Shown here piece by piece: positions 1-9,474 of a stretch of 63,661 bases of DNA. The position numbers and the translations under genes are program-made. Where the stretch lies: contig CAYLZE010000015.1 of NCBI GenBank assembly GCA_964388035.1, forward strand, positions 1-63,661, written 5' to 3'. Each line of letters starts with the position of its first letter. Position 1 is the first letter of the stretch. The notes beneath the pieces are model-generated. The model searched no databases. It saw only the letters and a program-made list of their open reading frames with translations, and had not been told where the DNA came from. Origin of the DNA: an uncultured archaeon. GTDB taxonomy: Archaea; Asgardarchaeota; Lokiarchaeia; Sigyniarchaeales; SOKP01.

Positions 1-564
1 TTGCCACAATATGTCCAAGACCTTTTTTATTCCGTCGGTGTCCAACTCGGGATATTCTCTATCTCGCTCAACATAACAGTGACCGCAAGAATTATTACAT
101 CTATAAGTTAATGCCAAATCAACCCTCATGGGAAATTCCGAAACCTTAAATGCAGTCCGTTCTCCTGCCAGATCCAAAAAAGGATTCACATCTTCTTGGG
201 TTAACAAGATTTCGATTTTATCCATCAACTCATTGTAATCACTTTCTACTTCTTCGGGCGTGGTTCTATAATATTTCACGAAAAATTCTTGAATTTCTTC
301 CAGTGTTTTATGTTCTATTAGGTGTTGAATATAAACCATTGCAGTATGGTTCAAATATAGCACGGCTTCCGCATCAACAATTAATACCCCTTTCCCATTA
401 TTCAAAAGTCTCAAGTGGAACTTGTGAGTGCCCGTATCTCTAAATTCTACCAAGCTTGAATAAACCTTCTTCGCATCTTCTGCTAAATGAATTTGTGGCA
501 ATACTTTCTTCTTAATTTTTTTAAGAAATTTCCTCATACCACTCTTTGATTTTTGTGAGCTCAT
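1..564 (-). CDS. Radical SAM protein with N-terminal PqqD/RRE-like domain (5' part; runs off the left edge)
   Basis: Not in the ORF track. Manual translation gives MSSQKSKSGMRKFLKK...GKGVLIVDAEAVLYLNHTAMVYIQHLIEHKTLEEIQEFFVKYYRTTPEEVESDYNELMDKIE...FPMRVDLALTYRCNNSCGHCY...LDTDGIKKVLDILWQ. CxxxCxxC at 76-99, preceded by a PqqD-like 'LN.TA..I...T..EI......Y....E.V..D' segment. GGAGGT RBS at 575-580. Alternative in-frame ATGs at 573 and 537. Confidence 0.9.
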   Translation of the reverse strand, partial: MSSQKSKSGMRKFLKKIKKKVLPQIHLAEDAKKVYSSLVEFRDTGTHKFHLRLLNNGKGVLIVDAEAVLYLNHTAMVYIQHLIEHKTLEEIQEFFVKYYRTTPEEVESDYNELMDKIEILLTQEDVNPFLDLAGERTAFKVSEFPMRVDLALTYRCNNSCGHCYVERDREYPELDTDGIKKVLDILWQ

Positions 565-582
565 TCTATGCATTACCTCCTT

Positions 583-2463
583 TCATCTTCCTCCGCCAGC
601 ACATGCACACGCACAACCAGCACATGCACACGCACAAGCGCAACCTCCTCCCGATCGGCTCCCTCCACCTCTGCTTCCCGAAGCGGGTCTCTGAACGGGA
701 GCTACTGTTTGGATTATAGTATTTGCAAAGTTAGAAAAATTTTGTACTATCGTGTTGCTCATGTTTTCCATGCCCCTGACAATTGAATCGGCGAACGTAA
801 ACATGTTAATCCTTTCAGTAGGAATGGTTCTAGATACATTTCCCGGATGATAAGAATAATAATGTCTGGGACCCCAATAATACCCGTAATAATAATAATA
901 AGGATACCAGTAAGGTGTAGTATAGTAGTACCTGTTTGAAAAATACTTTTCCGATTTATCCTCAAAATCATCGTCTAAGATCATCCAATCTAATTTATCT
1001 TCAATATCTTCCCATTTAATCTCATTGGGCATTCCATTAATCTCTTCCCATGCTTCAATGATCATGCTTTGATAATAATGGATCGTATCCTCTAGGTGAA
1101 ATCCAATCATTTTTTTATTAGTTGCCTTGATTAAATTTATTAATAACAGCTTAAGTTTCTCTTGATCTACTAACCCCTTCCTAGAACCTTTGGAAATAAT
1201 AGCATTGAGAAAATCTTTTTGATATGGGTGTATCTTCTCCTCCCCTTTTGGGGAAATTGCCTCGAACTTTAGGGGCTCAACACTCAAGATTTTAAGATGC
1301 CCCGTTCGGATGAGGGAAAACATAATCAAGAACACGACCTTTTTTAATGGAATATTTTGAATGATCGCTGCTTCTACCACGGTAAGGTGTTTATTCACAC
1401 CCACGCTATCAATTTTTATGAAGGGTTTATCATAAGGTAATTTTCCATATCGTTTTTTTAATAATTTACTAAGAAAGTACCCCATCATTCCAAATCCGGC
1501 AATAACCACGCAAAAAAATAGTATGATTAAAAGGACATTACCTATAGCATCCCAAAACGGTATAAAAAATATGGCTGCGAAAATGGATAACCAACAAATA
1601 ACCACTACAACACTTCTCTGAGATTGTTTTGGGCTGGGAGGATAATATCGCCGCTTGAATTTCTTATGATAATTATAAAATAAATAAATTCCTCCAATCG
1701 CGAGACTGCTAATGCTTATAGTTAACAGAATGGTAATAATAATAACAACAAGAGCAGGATTCGTTTGACTTGGTTGAAAAGTATTCACGTAACTCTTAGG
1801 AAACGACACCCCGAAGGTATATTGTTGCATGGGAACATTAGTTTTTATCCACGTATAAATTAGGTCCCCATCTTTATCATAACTATACCCAGAAAACTCT
1901 TCGCCATGATATTTCACAATATTGCCATTAGATAACCCGTCAGGAAAATAAATATTAACTTCTAAATATTGGAACGTACTCGCATAATCGGAATCGAACC
2001 AAGTAGGAGAAAATTCAACACTTGCTAGGCTATTATTTTCATAATCTTCGTAGATCATTTCGGGATTATTCCCAATAACGTGCAGAGTTTTTGTATTCCC
2101 CGAAGCGATTTCATATGGATACAGCCATATTTCCACGCCGATATCAATAACGGTGGAAGGTTTAATATCGGTGAGCTCATGTCCATCGATATCTGCTTTC
2201 ACGCTATCAATGTTATAATGTTCATTTGGAAATCCTATATCCACCACATAAATAGGCTCTCCCTTGTTGGTAAACGTTATCCAGTATTCAATGGTAATAG
2301 AACCATCTTTTTCAATATATACATTAACTTTTTCCGAATTTACGTTAAAATTATAAGCTTGTGCTTTACCATTAGCAAGCAACGTGCTAAAAAATATGCA
2401 AGAAATTAAAATGCTAAGAATTATAAAGACTATTTTTTTTCTCATGATTTTTTCTCTTACCAT
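583..2463 (-). CDS. Large membrane protein (DUF2207-like layout) with C-terminal Gly/Ser linker and Cys-Ala repeat tail
   Basis: N-terminal signal/TM helix, ~200-aa beta-rich domain, three TM helices, cytoplasmic domain, Tyr-rich patch. Ends SGSRGGGSRSGGGCACACACAGCACACAGGGR. Confidence 0.85.
   Translation of the reverse strand: MVREKIMRKKIVFIILSILISCIFFSTLLANGKAQAYNFNVNSEKVNVYIEKDGSITIEYWITFTNKGEPIYVVDIGFPNEHYNIDSVKADIDGHELTDIKPSTVIDIGVEIWLYPYEIASGNTKTLHVIGNNPEMIYEDYENNSLASVEFSPTWFDSDYASTFQYLEVNIYFPDGLSNGNIVKYHGEEFSGYSYDKDGDLIYTWIKTNVPMQQYTFGVSFPKSYVNTFQPSQTNPALVVIIITILLTISISSLAIGGIYLFYNYHKKFKRRYYPPSPKQSQRSVVVVICWLSIFAAIFFIPFWDAIGNVLLIILFFCVVIAGFGMMGYFLSKLLKKRYGKLPYDKPFIKIDSVGVNKHLTVVEAAIIQNIPLKKVVFLIMFSLIRTGHLKILSVEPLKFEAISPKGEEKIHPYQKDFLNAIISKGSRKGLVDQEKLKLLLINLIKATNKKMIGFHLEDTIHYYQSMIIEAWEEINGMPNEIKWEDIEDKLDWMILDDDFEDKSEKYFSNRYYYTTPYWYPYYYYYGYYWGPRHYYSYHPGNVSRTIPTERINMFTFADSIVRGMENMSNTIVQNFSNFANTIIQTVAPVQRPASGSRGGGSRSGGGCACACACAGCACACAGGGR
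596..637. repeat. Perfect 21-bp tandem repeat (ccagcacatgcacacgcacaa x2) encoding the CACACAG units of the tail
   Basis: Direct reading: 596-616 is identical to 617-637. Confidence 0.9.
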
Positions 2464-2846
2464 TTTACTTTACTTCTTGGAATTAAATTCTCGGTACCGC
2501 AAGATTCGCATATCACGCTCTTTTTTCCTCGTAAATCCTCCGTTATTTCGATAGGTGCCTGGCATTCTCGGCATATAATTTCAACTGGAACCGTGGATTG
2601 ATCAGTTGTACCAAATTGCGCTTGTTCAGGTATTCTAACAATAGCTTGTCGTTTTCTTTGAATTAGAATGGAAATCACTACGAGTATTAGGATTCCCAAG
2701 ACAATAAGGGTAATCCCTATTATTAATCGTGAAAGTGTAAGGGCAGGAATTACAGGAGCGGCTAATAAGTAAAGTAATCCTATTGAAATGAATACTATGA
2801 ATAAGATATAGCTAATTACTCTCAAAAAACGGTAAGATTTTTCCAT
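2457..2846 (-). CDS. Small 2-TM membrane protein with C-terminal zinc ribbon
   Basis: Two hydrophobic helices, then CRECQ...CESCG. Overlaps the start of the 626-aa gene, suggesting translational coupling. Confidence 0.8.
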   Translation of the reverse strand: MEKSYRFLRVISYILFIVFISIGLLYLLAAPVIPALTLSRLIIGITLIVLGILILVVISILIQRKRQAIVRIPEQAQFGTTDQSTVPVEIICRECQAPIEITEDLRGKKSVICESCGTENLIPRSKVKW

Positions 2847-2971
2847 GCGAACTTGACCCTTTTTATTTTACTAACCGAAAATAATTGTATTCTTATATAG
2901 TTTTAGGTTGCTTTATATTTTATTTTTTATTATATGAAATATATTCAATTCTAGAATGGAGCTAATTTTAA

Positions 2972-4321
2972 ATGCAATATAATTATTTCGATGAAAAAAG
3001 AGAAAAAACTCCGTGGAAAGAACTTGAAGATAATCTCATGAAGAGCGGGAAATGGACATTAAAGCGACTCCATGATAATATCCCTTTTTTAAAAAAAAGA
3101 TATGAGGAAGCGGGGGTGAGTTCCGATGATCTCAAAACCATGGAAGATTTTCAAAAAATTCCTTATATGAACAAGCAAGATTTTCTCGATAGCTTTCCGG
3201 ATAAACTATTGTGCGTGTCTCATGAAGATGTGGTGAGAATGCATGCCACGAGTGGTACATCGGGTCATCGACCAACTTGTGGATTTTATACCCAGAAAGA
3301 TCTTGATCATTGGACTTATTTATGTGCACGAAATTTGGGCGCCATTGGAATGACCAAAAAAGATATTTTTCAAAACACTACCTCCGCGGGACTATTTACA
3401 GGAGGATTCGGGTATGCGCAAGGTTGCACTTTATTGGGTGCCATGCTCATCCCTTTCGGACCGGGCATGACCTCTCGTCAATTAGAATTTTTTAAAACCT
3501 TTAAAGTCACTTCTTTTCACGCAATTCCATCTTTTGGATTACGATTAGCAGAAGTCATGGAAGAAGCGGGAGTTAAAAAAGAGGATCTCTATTTGAAATA
3601 TGCAATTCTAGGGGCAGAAGGATGGGCAGAATCTACCCGTAAAACTATCGAATCCCGCCTGGGAATTAAAGCTTATGATAATTACGGCTTAACTGAGGCA
3701 TACGGTCCCGGTGTTGCTGTGGAGTGTCAAGAACAAAATGGCCTTCATTTATGGTCGGATTATTATTATCCAGAAATAATTGATCCTAAAACGGGCGAGG
3801 TTTTAGGAGAGGGACAATCGGGAGAATTAGTCTTGACGAGCCTCACTAAAGAAGCCGTGCCCATCTTTAGGTACCGAACGGGAGACATTACCTCCATGAG
3901 AAAGAGTGAATGTCCGTGTGGAAGAACGGGCTATATAATAGACAGAATTAAAGGAAGAAAGGATGACATGCACGTGATCAAGGGCGTGAATGTCTACCCA
4001 AGCATGATCGAAGAAGAAATCTTTAACCTGTCCTCCTACTTCACGGATGTTTATTTAATCATATATCATACTGTTGGGGTAATGGACCAAATCGCTGCTA
4101 ACGTGGAAGTAAAACCCGGAGTAGATGTTGAGAAAGCTAAAAGAGAGCTTGAAAAAAACCTCCTGGAAGCCACTTTTCTCCGAATTGATGTTCAAACTTT
4201 TCCTCCTGGAACACTACCTCGACAAGAAGGTAAAGCAATACGGTGTAGAGATATTCGGGATAGACCAGAAGGGTATAAGGGATGGTTACAGATGATGCAA
4301 GAACAAAATAAATCTCACTGA
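2972..4321 (+). CDS. paaK: Phenylacetate--CoA ligase family protein (PaaK-like)
   Basis: HATSGTSG P-loop, GLFTGG, YGLTE, RYRTGD, GRKDDM..KGVNVYPS..E, LPRQEGKA motifs. Confidence 0.9.
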   Translation: MQYNYFDEKREKTPWKELEDNLMKSGKWTLKRLHDNIPFLKKRYEEAGVSSDDLKTMEDFQKIPYMNKQDFLDSFPDKLLCVSHEDVVRMHATSGTSGHRPTCGFYTQKDLDHWTYLCARNLGAIGMTKKDIFQNTTSAGLFTGGFGYAQGCTLLGAMLIPFGPGMTSRQLEFFKTFKVTSFHAIPSFGLRLAEVMEEAGVKKEDLYLKYAILGAEGWAESTRKTIESRLGIKAYDNYGLTEAYGPGVAVECQEQNGLHLWSDYYYPEIIDPKTGEVLGEGQSGELVLTSLTKEAVPIFRYRTGDITSMRKSECPCGRTGYIIDRIKGRKDDMHVIKGVNVYPSMIEEEIFNLSSYFTDVYLIIYHTVGVMDQIAANVEVKPGVDVEKAKRELEKNLLEATFLRIDVQTFPPGTLPRQEGKAIRCRDIRDRPEGYKGWLQMMQEQNKSH

Positions 4322-4450
4322 TTAGGTTTTCCCCCAGATCAATTAGAATTGTAACATTTTTTCTTCTTTCTGATTAAATTTTATTAATATCTTTCTATTA
4401 AAGACCATTTGCAGCAGGAATTTTATCCTTGTTTTCTGCTATAAAAACAT

Positions 4451-5440
4451 TTAAGGTGTAGTATCATGTTGCTTTTTAGAATAGGGAGATAATTTAACCA
4501 GCATAAACTTCACTAAGGGACCAATAATTTTTAAGGCGAACCTTGTCAGTCGGAATTTTCGCTTCATTTTTTCGATATATTTCTGAAAGGGTTCCGTTTG
4601 AAAGTTAAGGACTTCTTGGGACTCCTTGGTATCCATCCAATCGATATAGAACCATTCCTCTGTTTTTGCGGGTTTCCTGAAAGCTTTATCGGGAAGCATG
4701 GGTAATCCGAAGGCATCAAAGAATCCCTTTAAAAAGTCTCTTTGTACAAGTTGACTCTCCGCACCCCCCCCAATCAGAAAAACCTTGTTAATATCCTCTA
4801 ACTTTACCGCATTAGCGAATGCAATTCCACAATCGATTGAAGATACGAATTCAATGCGTTGGTCAAGTGGTACTTCGTATATGATAGAGTAAGAACTTAG
4901 AGGAAATTTATCAACTGAAACGGCACCTAGCCTTAGGACTGTCCAAGGAAGGCCACTCTCTTTCAACATTCTTTCACATTCTACTTTTGTATGTGAATAA
5001 TGATCGGAAGGATTCAAGGGAGTATCAACTTTCACGGGAGGCTCTAAGTGCATTGTTGGACCGTATACACTCATGGAACTTGCTATTATGAATTTTGGCT
5101 TATTTGGCAAAGCTCTCACGGCATTTATAAGATTTCGCGTTCCCTCAATATTTACTTTTTTTGTCAATTCTGGCTTTTGTTCACTTAGAGGAGGGATGAT
5201 AGCTGCCAGATGTATGATGCAATCAATATCCTTAATTGCCTTATCAATATCATCTTTTTCGAGTATATTTCCCCAAATTGTTTTAAAATTCCATTCCTTT
5301 GCTAATTTGGCACGCGATTTTTCATTTGCAGGATTTTGTAAATCGAAACAAGTGACATTATATCTACGTGTAAGAAGTTGCTTTAGAGTATTTTGTCCCA
5401 CATTACCAAAAGCACCGGTTAAAAGAATATTTTGTGCCAT
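4451..5440 (-). CDS. NAD-dependent epimerase/dehydratase (extended SDR)
   Basis: TGAFGNVG, HLAA and YSHTK (YxxxK) motifs. Confidence 0.9.
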   Translation of the reverse strand: MAQNILLTGAFGNVGQNTLKQLLTRRYNVTCFDLQNPANEKSRAKLAKEWNFKTIWGNILEKDDIDKAIKDIDCIIHLAAIIPPLSEQKPELTKKVNIEGTRNLINAVRALPNKPKFIIASSMSVYGPTMHLEPPVKVDTPLNPSDHYSHTKVECERMLKESGLPWTVLRLGAVSVDKFPLSSYSIIYEVPLDQRIEFVSSIDCGIAFANAVKLEDINKVFLIGGGAESQLVQRDFLKGFFDAFGLPMLPDKAFRKPAKTEEWFYIDWMDTKESQEVLNFQTEPFQKYIEKMKRKFRLTRFALKIIGPLVKFMLVKLSPYSKKQHDTTP

Positions 5441-5898
5441 TTTAAATTCTTCTTTTTAATTTTTTCTTTTTTGCTATATTAGATGCATGATTTAAATTTC
5501 TAAATTAAACTTAAATCACATCCCTAACAAAATAACAGACGTTAATAATATGAATTATTTTGGATAAAAAAGTTTTTTACTTGATCATTCAAGTTGTCAT
5601 TATTAAAAAAAAATTATTGACGAAAAAAGATGAATAAGAGAATCCTTTCCTTGAATTGCTCTTAAGCCCTTTTCCCTTGGATTATTGTTTTGACCAGAAG
5701 ATAAGGTGATTAAATAGAAAAATATCTTTACTAGTTTAGTCGAGTATAAAGGATATTTAAAATTGAATCATGAAATAAAGAAAAATCAATAAGTATTCAT
5801 TATACTAATTTTTAATGGGATCTTCTAAGGATCCTTTTCAAGTGTGTTAAAAAAAGAGTTCTATCGAAAGGAAAAGCTAAAGCTCTATTAAAAACAAG

Positions 5899-6087
5899 TT
5901 ATTTTATATTCTCTTTTTTCCATTTTTTCATGAAATTTCTGAAATCTGAATCTGCAATTCCAATGGAATTAATTTTTTTATTAATTTGAATCGGATTGAC
6001 TTTTTTAATGCCAAAATCCTTCTTCAAATTTCTTTTTCGAAAATTTAATTCCCAATCCAAGTAGGAGTTATTAACTACTTTTGACAT
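5899..6087 (-). CDS. Small basic hypothetical protein (uncertain)
   Basis: Lys-rich ORF from ATG (MSKVVNNSYLDWE...) with no recognisable motif. The track extends it to 6123. Confidence 0.3.
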   Translation of the reverse strand: MSKVVNNSYLDWELNFRKRNLKKDFGIKKVNPIQINKKINSIGIADSDFRNFMKKWKKENIK

Positions 6088-6303
6088 GTTTATATAACAT
6101 GTTAACTGATTAATAAATAACAAGAGTGTACCAATTTTCTAAAATTTTGATGGGTTTTTTCTCGTTTTTCCTTCCTTCCTTTGATAATCGAAGGTTATGA
6201 TAAAATACAATCTTCTTAAAAAAAGTGAATATTTTCTAAAAAAAAATGAATTTGATTTCCTCCTAAAGCATTAAACTGAAAGTTATTTCTTTGATTTGGT
6301 TGA

Positions 6304-6468
6304 TTACTTTTTAACGAGAGGGACACCACAGCATTCAAAATTGCATTCTTCATCGCATCCGCACGAGTTATCATTGCATTCATTGCACGTTTGTTTAACT
6401 TCCAAGAGAAGATGGCACTCTGGACATTCTAAAACATCCCCAATTCTTAAATCATGACAACCTACCAT
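6304..6468 (-). CDS. 54-aa Cys-rich metal-binding miniprotein (desulforedoxin/metallothionein-like)
   Basis: Missed by the track. MVGCHDLRIGDVLECPECHLLLEVKQTCNECNDNSCGCDEECNFECCGVPLVKK*, 10 Cys, with a CxxC...CCG.PL pattern and a GAGTGA RBS upstream. Confidence 0.8.
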   Translation of the reverse strand: MVGCHDLRIGDVLECPECHLLLEVKQTCNECNDNSCGCDEECNFECCGVPLVKK

Positions 6469-6781
6469 TTTTTTTCACTCTTAAAATTAGTTTTTATTAT
6501 TAGAAGATCCATTGATATATAAAAAACTAAGTATTAATTTTTTAAAATGAAAACCATGCAAGATTAATTTAAATAAACTTTTTCTAGCGGCATTATCATC
6601 TTTTAATGAACTATTATCCATCATTTTTTTGGCTTTAAATAAATAATAGTAGCCGCGTTTCTGAAATCTATTCTACCTCTTTAGTGAGAAATTTAATGAT
6701 AAGTATTCAAAAAGAACGAGGTAGTTAGAATCTATAATCATGGTTAAGATATCATGAGATTTTCATTATTTTATAATCCCA

Positions 6782-7297
6782 TCATAATAAATCTAAAACA
6801 TAATGTGTTAACTTATCAAAAGCTTCTAATACGTTCATGTTATTTTTACTCGAGGTTTTTACATAGTCGACCATTTTATACTTTTTTTGGGTTTTTTTAG
6901 CTAACAGGTCTCCCACCATTGAAAACTCCTTGAGGTCATATTTCGAAGCGATTAATATTACCGGGAGGCTTTCATAATACTTGTTGACAAGCGACATCCA
7001 TTTTCCAATATTAACAAAGCTCGTCATTAAGGTGATATCAAATAATAAAAGTGCTCCGTGAGCGCCCTTCATGTAATTTTCCACCATGAATCTGAATCTT
7101 TCTTGCCCGCTGATATCATATATCATTAATTGACAATTCATAGCATCTATCAGAAATGATTTAGTAAAAACATCCATTCCGATTGTCATGGTTGCTGAGT
7201 CAATAAATTCTCCCTGTACAAATCTATTTATCAGCGATGTCTTTCCTACACCACCATCTCCTAATATTAAGAATTTTAATGTTACTTGTTTCGGCAT
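6782..7297 (-). CDS. Rab-like small GTPase (Ras superfamily)
   Basis: G1 GDGGVGKT, G2 TIG, G3 DISGQERF, YMKGAHG, G4 SKYD, G5 TSSK. No C-terminal prenylation Cys. Confidence 0.92.
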   Translation of the reverse strand: MPKQVTLKFLILGDGGVGKTSLINRFVQGEFIDSATMTIGMDVFTKSFLIDAMNCQLMIYDISGQERFRFMVENYMKGAHGALLLFDITLMTSFVNIGKWMSLVNKYYESLPVILIASKYDLKEFSMVGDLLAKKTQKKYKMVDYVKTSSKNNMNVLEAFDKLTHYVLDLL

Positions 7298-7728
7298 TTT
7301 TATCGTTCGATTTAATTATATACTCAATAGTGATTACAAAATTAATTTTCTATAATAACATGATCTAATGCAACCATGAATAAATTCATTCAAAAAGTTT
7401 TGCATCTCCTTTATTTTTAAAAAAAAAATTATTAAATCTCCATGAATTCGTTTTCAAATTAATCGTAGGTATGGTTTTCCCTTTACGTTGTTTTAAAGAC
7501 AATGCTATAAATTGCATTGATTTACTAAATTATAATAAAACCTAAATGCTCCCGTCTGAAATAATTAAATCTCAGGTATTATTGCAATGTTAACTAAAAA
7601 AGCTTTTTTTTGAATTTTTTAAATTTCTTTTTTCGATGAGGGTTTGATTTTTTCACATTATCTCCATGAAACAAAAAAGAAAAAGATGATTTTAAAATTT
7701 ACATTTTAGTGTGAAAGAACAATCTACC

Positions 7729-9360
7729 TTATTCTTCCGTTTTAGCGGATTTCATCACGCTAAAAATTTGGCTTAGGAATTCATCTGATGGTTTAGAACC
7801 TTTCGTCATGAGGGAAATTACTGGAAATGTGATTAATGCTGCAACTTGAGACACTATAAATTCATGAATGGATCCTATCGTGATGGTCATGAGATTCGTT
7901 TTTAAAAGTACCATATTGGCAATGGGCATTATGTAGGTAGCATATGCGTCGGAAGCGCCTACCATGGCCCAGAGCGAGGCGCCAAGGAATAGCACCTTCC
8001 AGACAATAGCTATGATAAAAGAAACAGCCCCACTATAAATGGCTGCTTTTGCTGTACCTCCCTTCCAGAATAGTCCAAATACGTAGGGAATTAGAATCAC
8101 TGCAGCCATTATCGACCAAGCGAATATGCATAAGGCAAGTACCGCATCCGGTCTAAGTATGGCAAGTACGACTGCTACTACTACTACTAATGTCGTCATA
8201 ACTTTAGTCATTTTTAAAGCTTTATCATCAGAACACCCTGTTTTGGCTTGATAGACATCAATAGAAAACCCGCTCGCTGCCATCATTATAACCTTTTCTC
8301 CCGTAGTTAAGGAGGCGGCTGTCACCGCTGCTAAAAATAGGCCGGCAAAAATGGGGTGCATGACTGCTTTCATGAGCATGGGCACGCTATTATCGGGATT
8401 CACGGTTCCATTAGCAATTAGTGCCGGATCGTGTATTGAAAAATAACCTCTCGAAATACTGCCATTAAACCACGCAAAAATAGCCACTCCAAAGGCCCAA
8501 ATCGTGGATATGAATAATCCCCATCGAATGGATCTTTGCTTTTCTGCGGTATAGAAACGGGAAATCATCTGCGGCATTCCCCAGACTCCAAATGATGTTA
8601 CTAATATATATCCAATAAGACCCATTCCTCCCGCTCCAGGGACGGATCGTAATGCTCCTTCTGGCATTCCTTGAGCTTGTTCTATGCCTGCTAATCCATT
8701 TATTAAGCCTTCAAACCCCCCTACAACAATCATTCCTGCAATAAAGATCATGATGACCCCTGCAAACATGATAATGCTTTCCAAGGCATCCGTAGCTATT
8801 GTACCGTGAGATCCACCAACATTTAAATAAAAAACAGTGATGATCCCACATAGAACCACTGCTATAATATAGGCAAATGTTTCTCCCGGCATGAGCACGG
8901 ACATTAAAATACTCAATCCCATGTAAATGGATACCAAATAAACCGTTTCAAACACCAAAATGATAACCGAGGTGAAAGTTTGTACCCGAGGATCATTGTA
9001 TCTCTTGGAAAGAAATTGGGGCACTGTTAATGAATCAAAATGTTTTCCTAAAGTCTTCGTCCTGCTCCCAAAAAGTACGAACACCAAGAAGACTCCGACT
9101 AATACATCAATAGAGGCAATCCATACTACCCCAAGTCCCCATAACCAAGATTGTACACCTCCTCCCACGATCATGACTGCAGAAAAATAAGTGACTCCAA
9201 AAGAGAGCCCAAGAAGTAGGGGGCCTATACTCCTTCCTGCTACCATAAAATCCGATAAGGTCTTTGTCTTTTTTTTTGAATAGTATCCTGCTATCGCGAG
9301 AAATGCCAAGTATAGCACAAAAACTACCCAATAGACAAATTCAAATCCTATTTCCGCCAT
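7729..9360 (-). CDS. Sodium:solute symporter (SSS; PutP/PanF/ActP-like)
   Basis: About 13-14 TM helices. DFMVAGRSIG, TVPQFLSKRY, GMPQMISRFY and AAVTAASLTT motifs. Confidence 0.92.
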   Translation of the reverse strand: MAEIGFEFVYWVVFVLYLAFLAIAGYYSKKKTKTLSDFMVAGRSIGPLLLGLSFGVTYFSAVMIVGGGVQSWLWGLGVVWIASIDVLVGVFLVFVLFGSRTKTLGKHFDSLTVPQFLSKRYNDPRVQTFTSVIILVFETVYLVSIYMGLSILMSVLMPGETFAYIIAVVLCGIITVFYLNVGGSHGTIATDALESIIMFAGVIMIFIAGMIVVGGFEGLINGLAGIEQAQGMPEGALRSVPGAGGMGLIGYILVTSFGVWGMPQMISRFYTAEKQRSIRWGLFISTIWAFGVAIFAWFNGSISRGYFSIHDPALIANGTVNPDNSVPMLMKAVMHPIFAGLFLAAVTAASLTTGEKVIMMAASGFSIDVYQAKTGCSDDKALKMTKVMTTLVVVVAVVLAILRPDAVLALCIFAWSIMAAVILIPYVFGLFWKGGTAKAAIYSGAVSFIIAIVWKVLFLGASLWAMVGASDAYATYIMPIANMVLLKTNLMTITIGSIHEFIVSQVAALITFPVISLMTKGSKPSDEFLSQIFSVMKSAKTEE

Positions 9361-9381
9361 CTATTTCTTCCCTCGCTTGAT

Positions 9382-9474
9382 TTAATAATAACAATATAGG
9401 AAAACAAGAATCACGGTGATGATTCCTACCCAAATTCCCAAACTTATCGTCCAATTTAGTTCCACTAACAACAT
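9382..9474 (-). CDS. Single-TM small protein upstream of the symporter (probable accessory subunit)
   Basis: Missed by the track. MLLVELNWTISLGIWVGIITVILVFLYCYY*. After the TAA the frame continues IKRGKK to a TAG at 9361-9363 that abuts the symporter ATG. Confidence 0.6.
   Translation of the reverse strand: MLLVELNWTISLGIWVGIITVILVFLYCYY

Noticed and set aside
564-585. The Cys-tail protein and the radical SAM gene are in the same frame, separated by a single TGA (possible Sec or readthrough fusion)
   Set aside because: A strong GGAGGT RBS and ATGs follow the TGA, and GGGR looks like a natural terminus. Same-frame adjacency has a 1-in-3 chance, and I could not identify a SECIS.
568-786. Ser/Thr-rich plus-strand ORF (and 150-443, 2080-2409)
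   Set aside because: Antisense shadows of the Cys-tail and radical SAM genes; the STCTRT repeats merely mirror the CACACAG codons.
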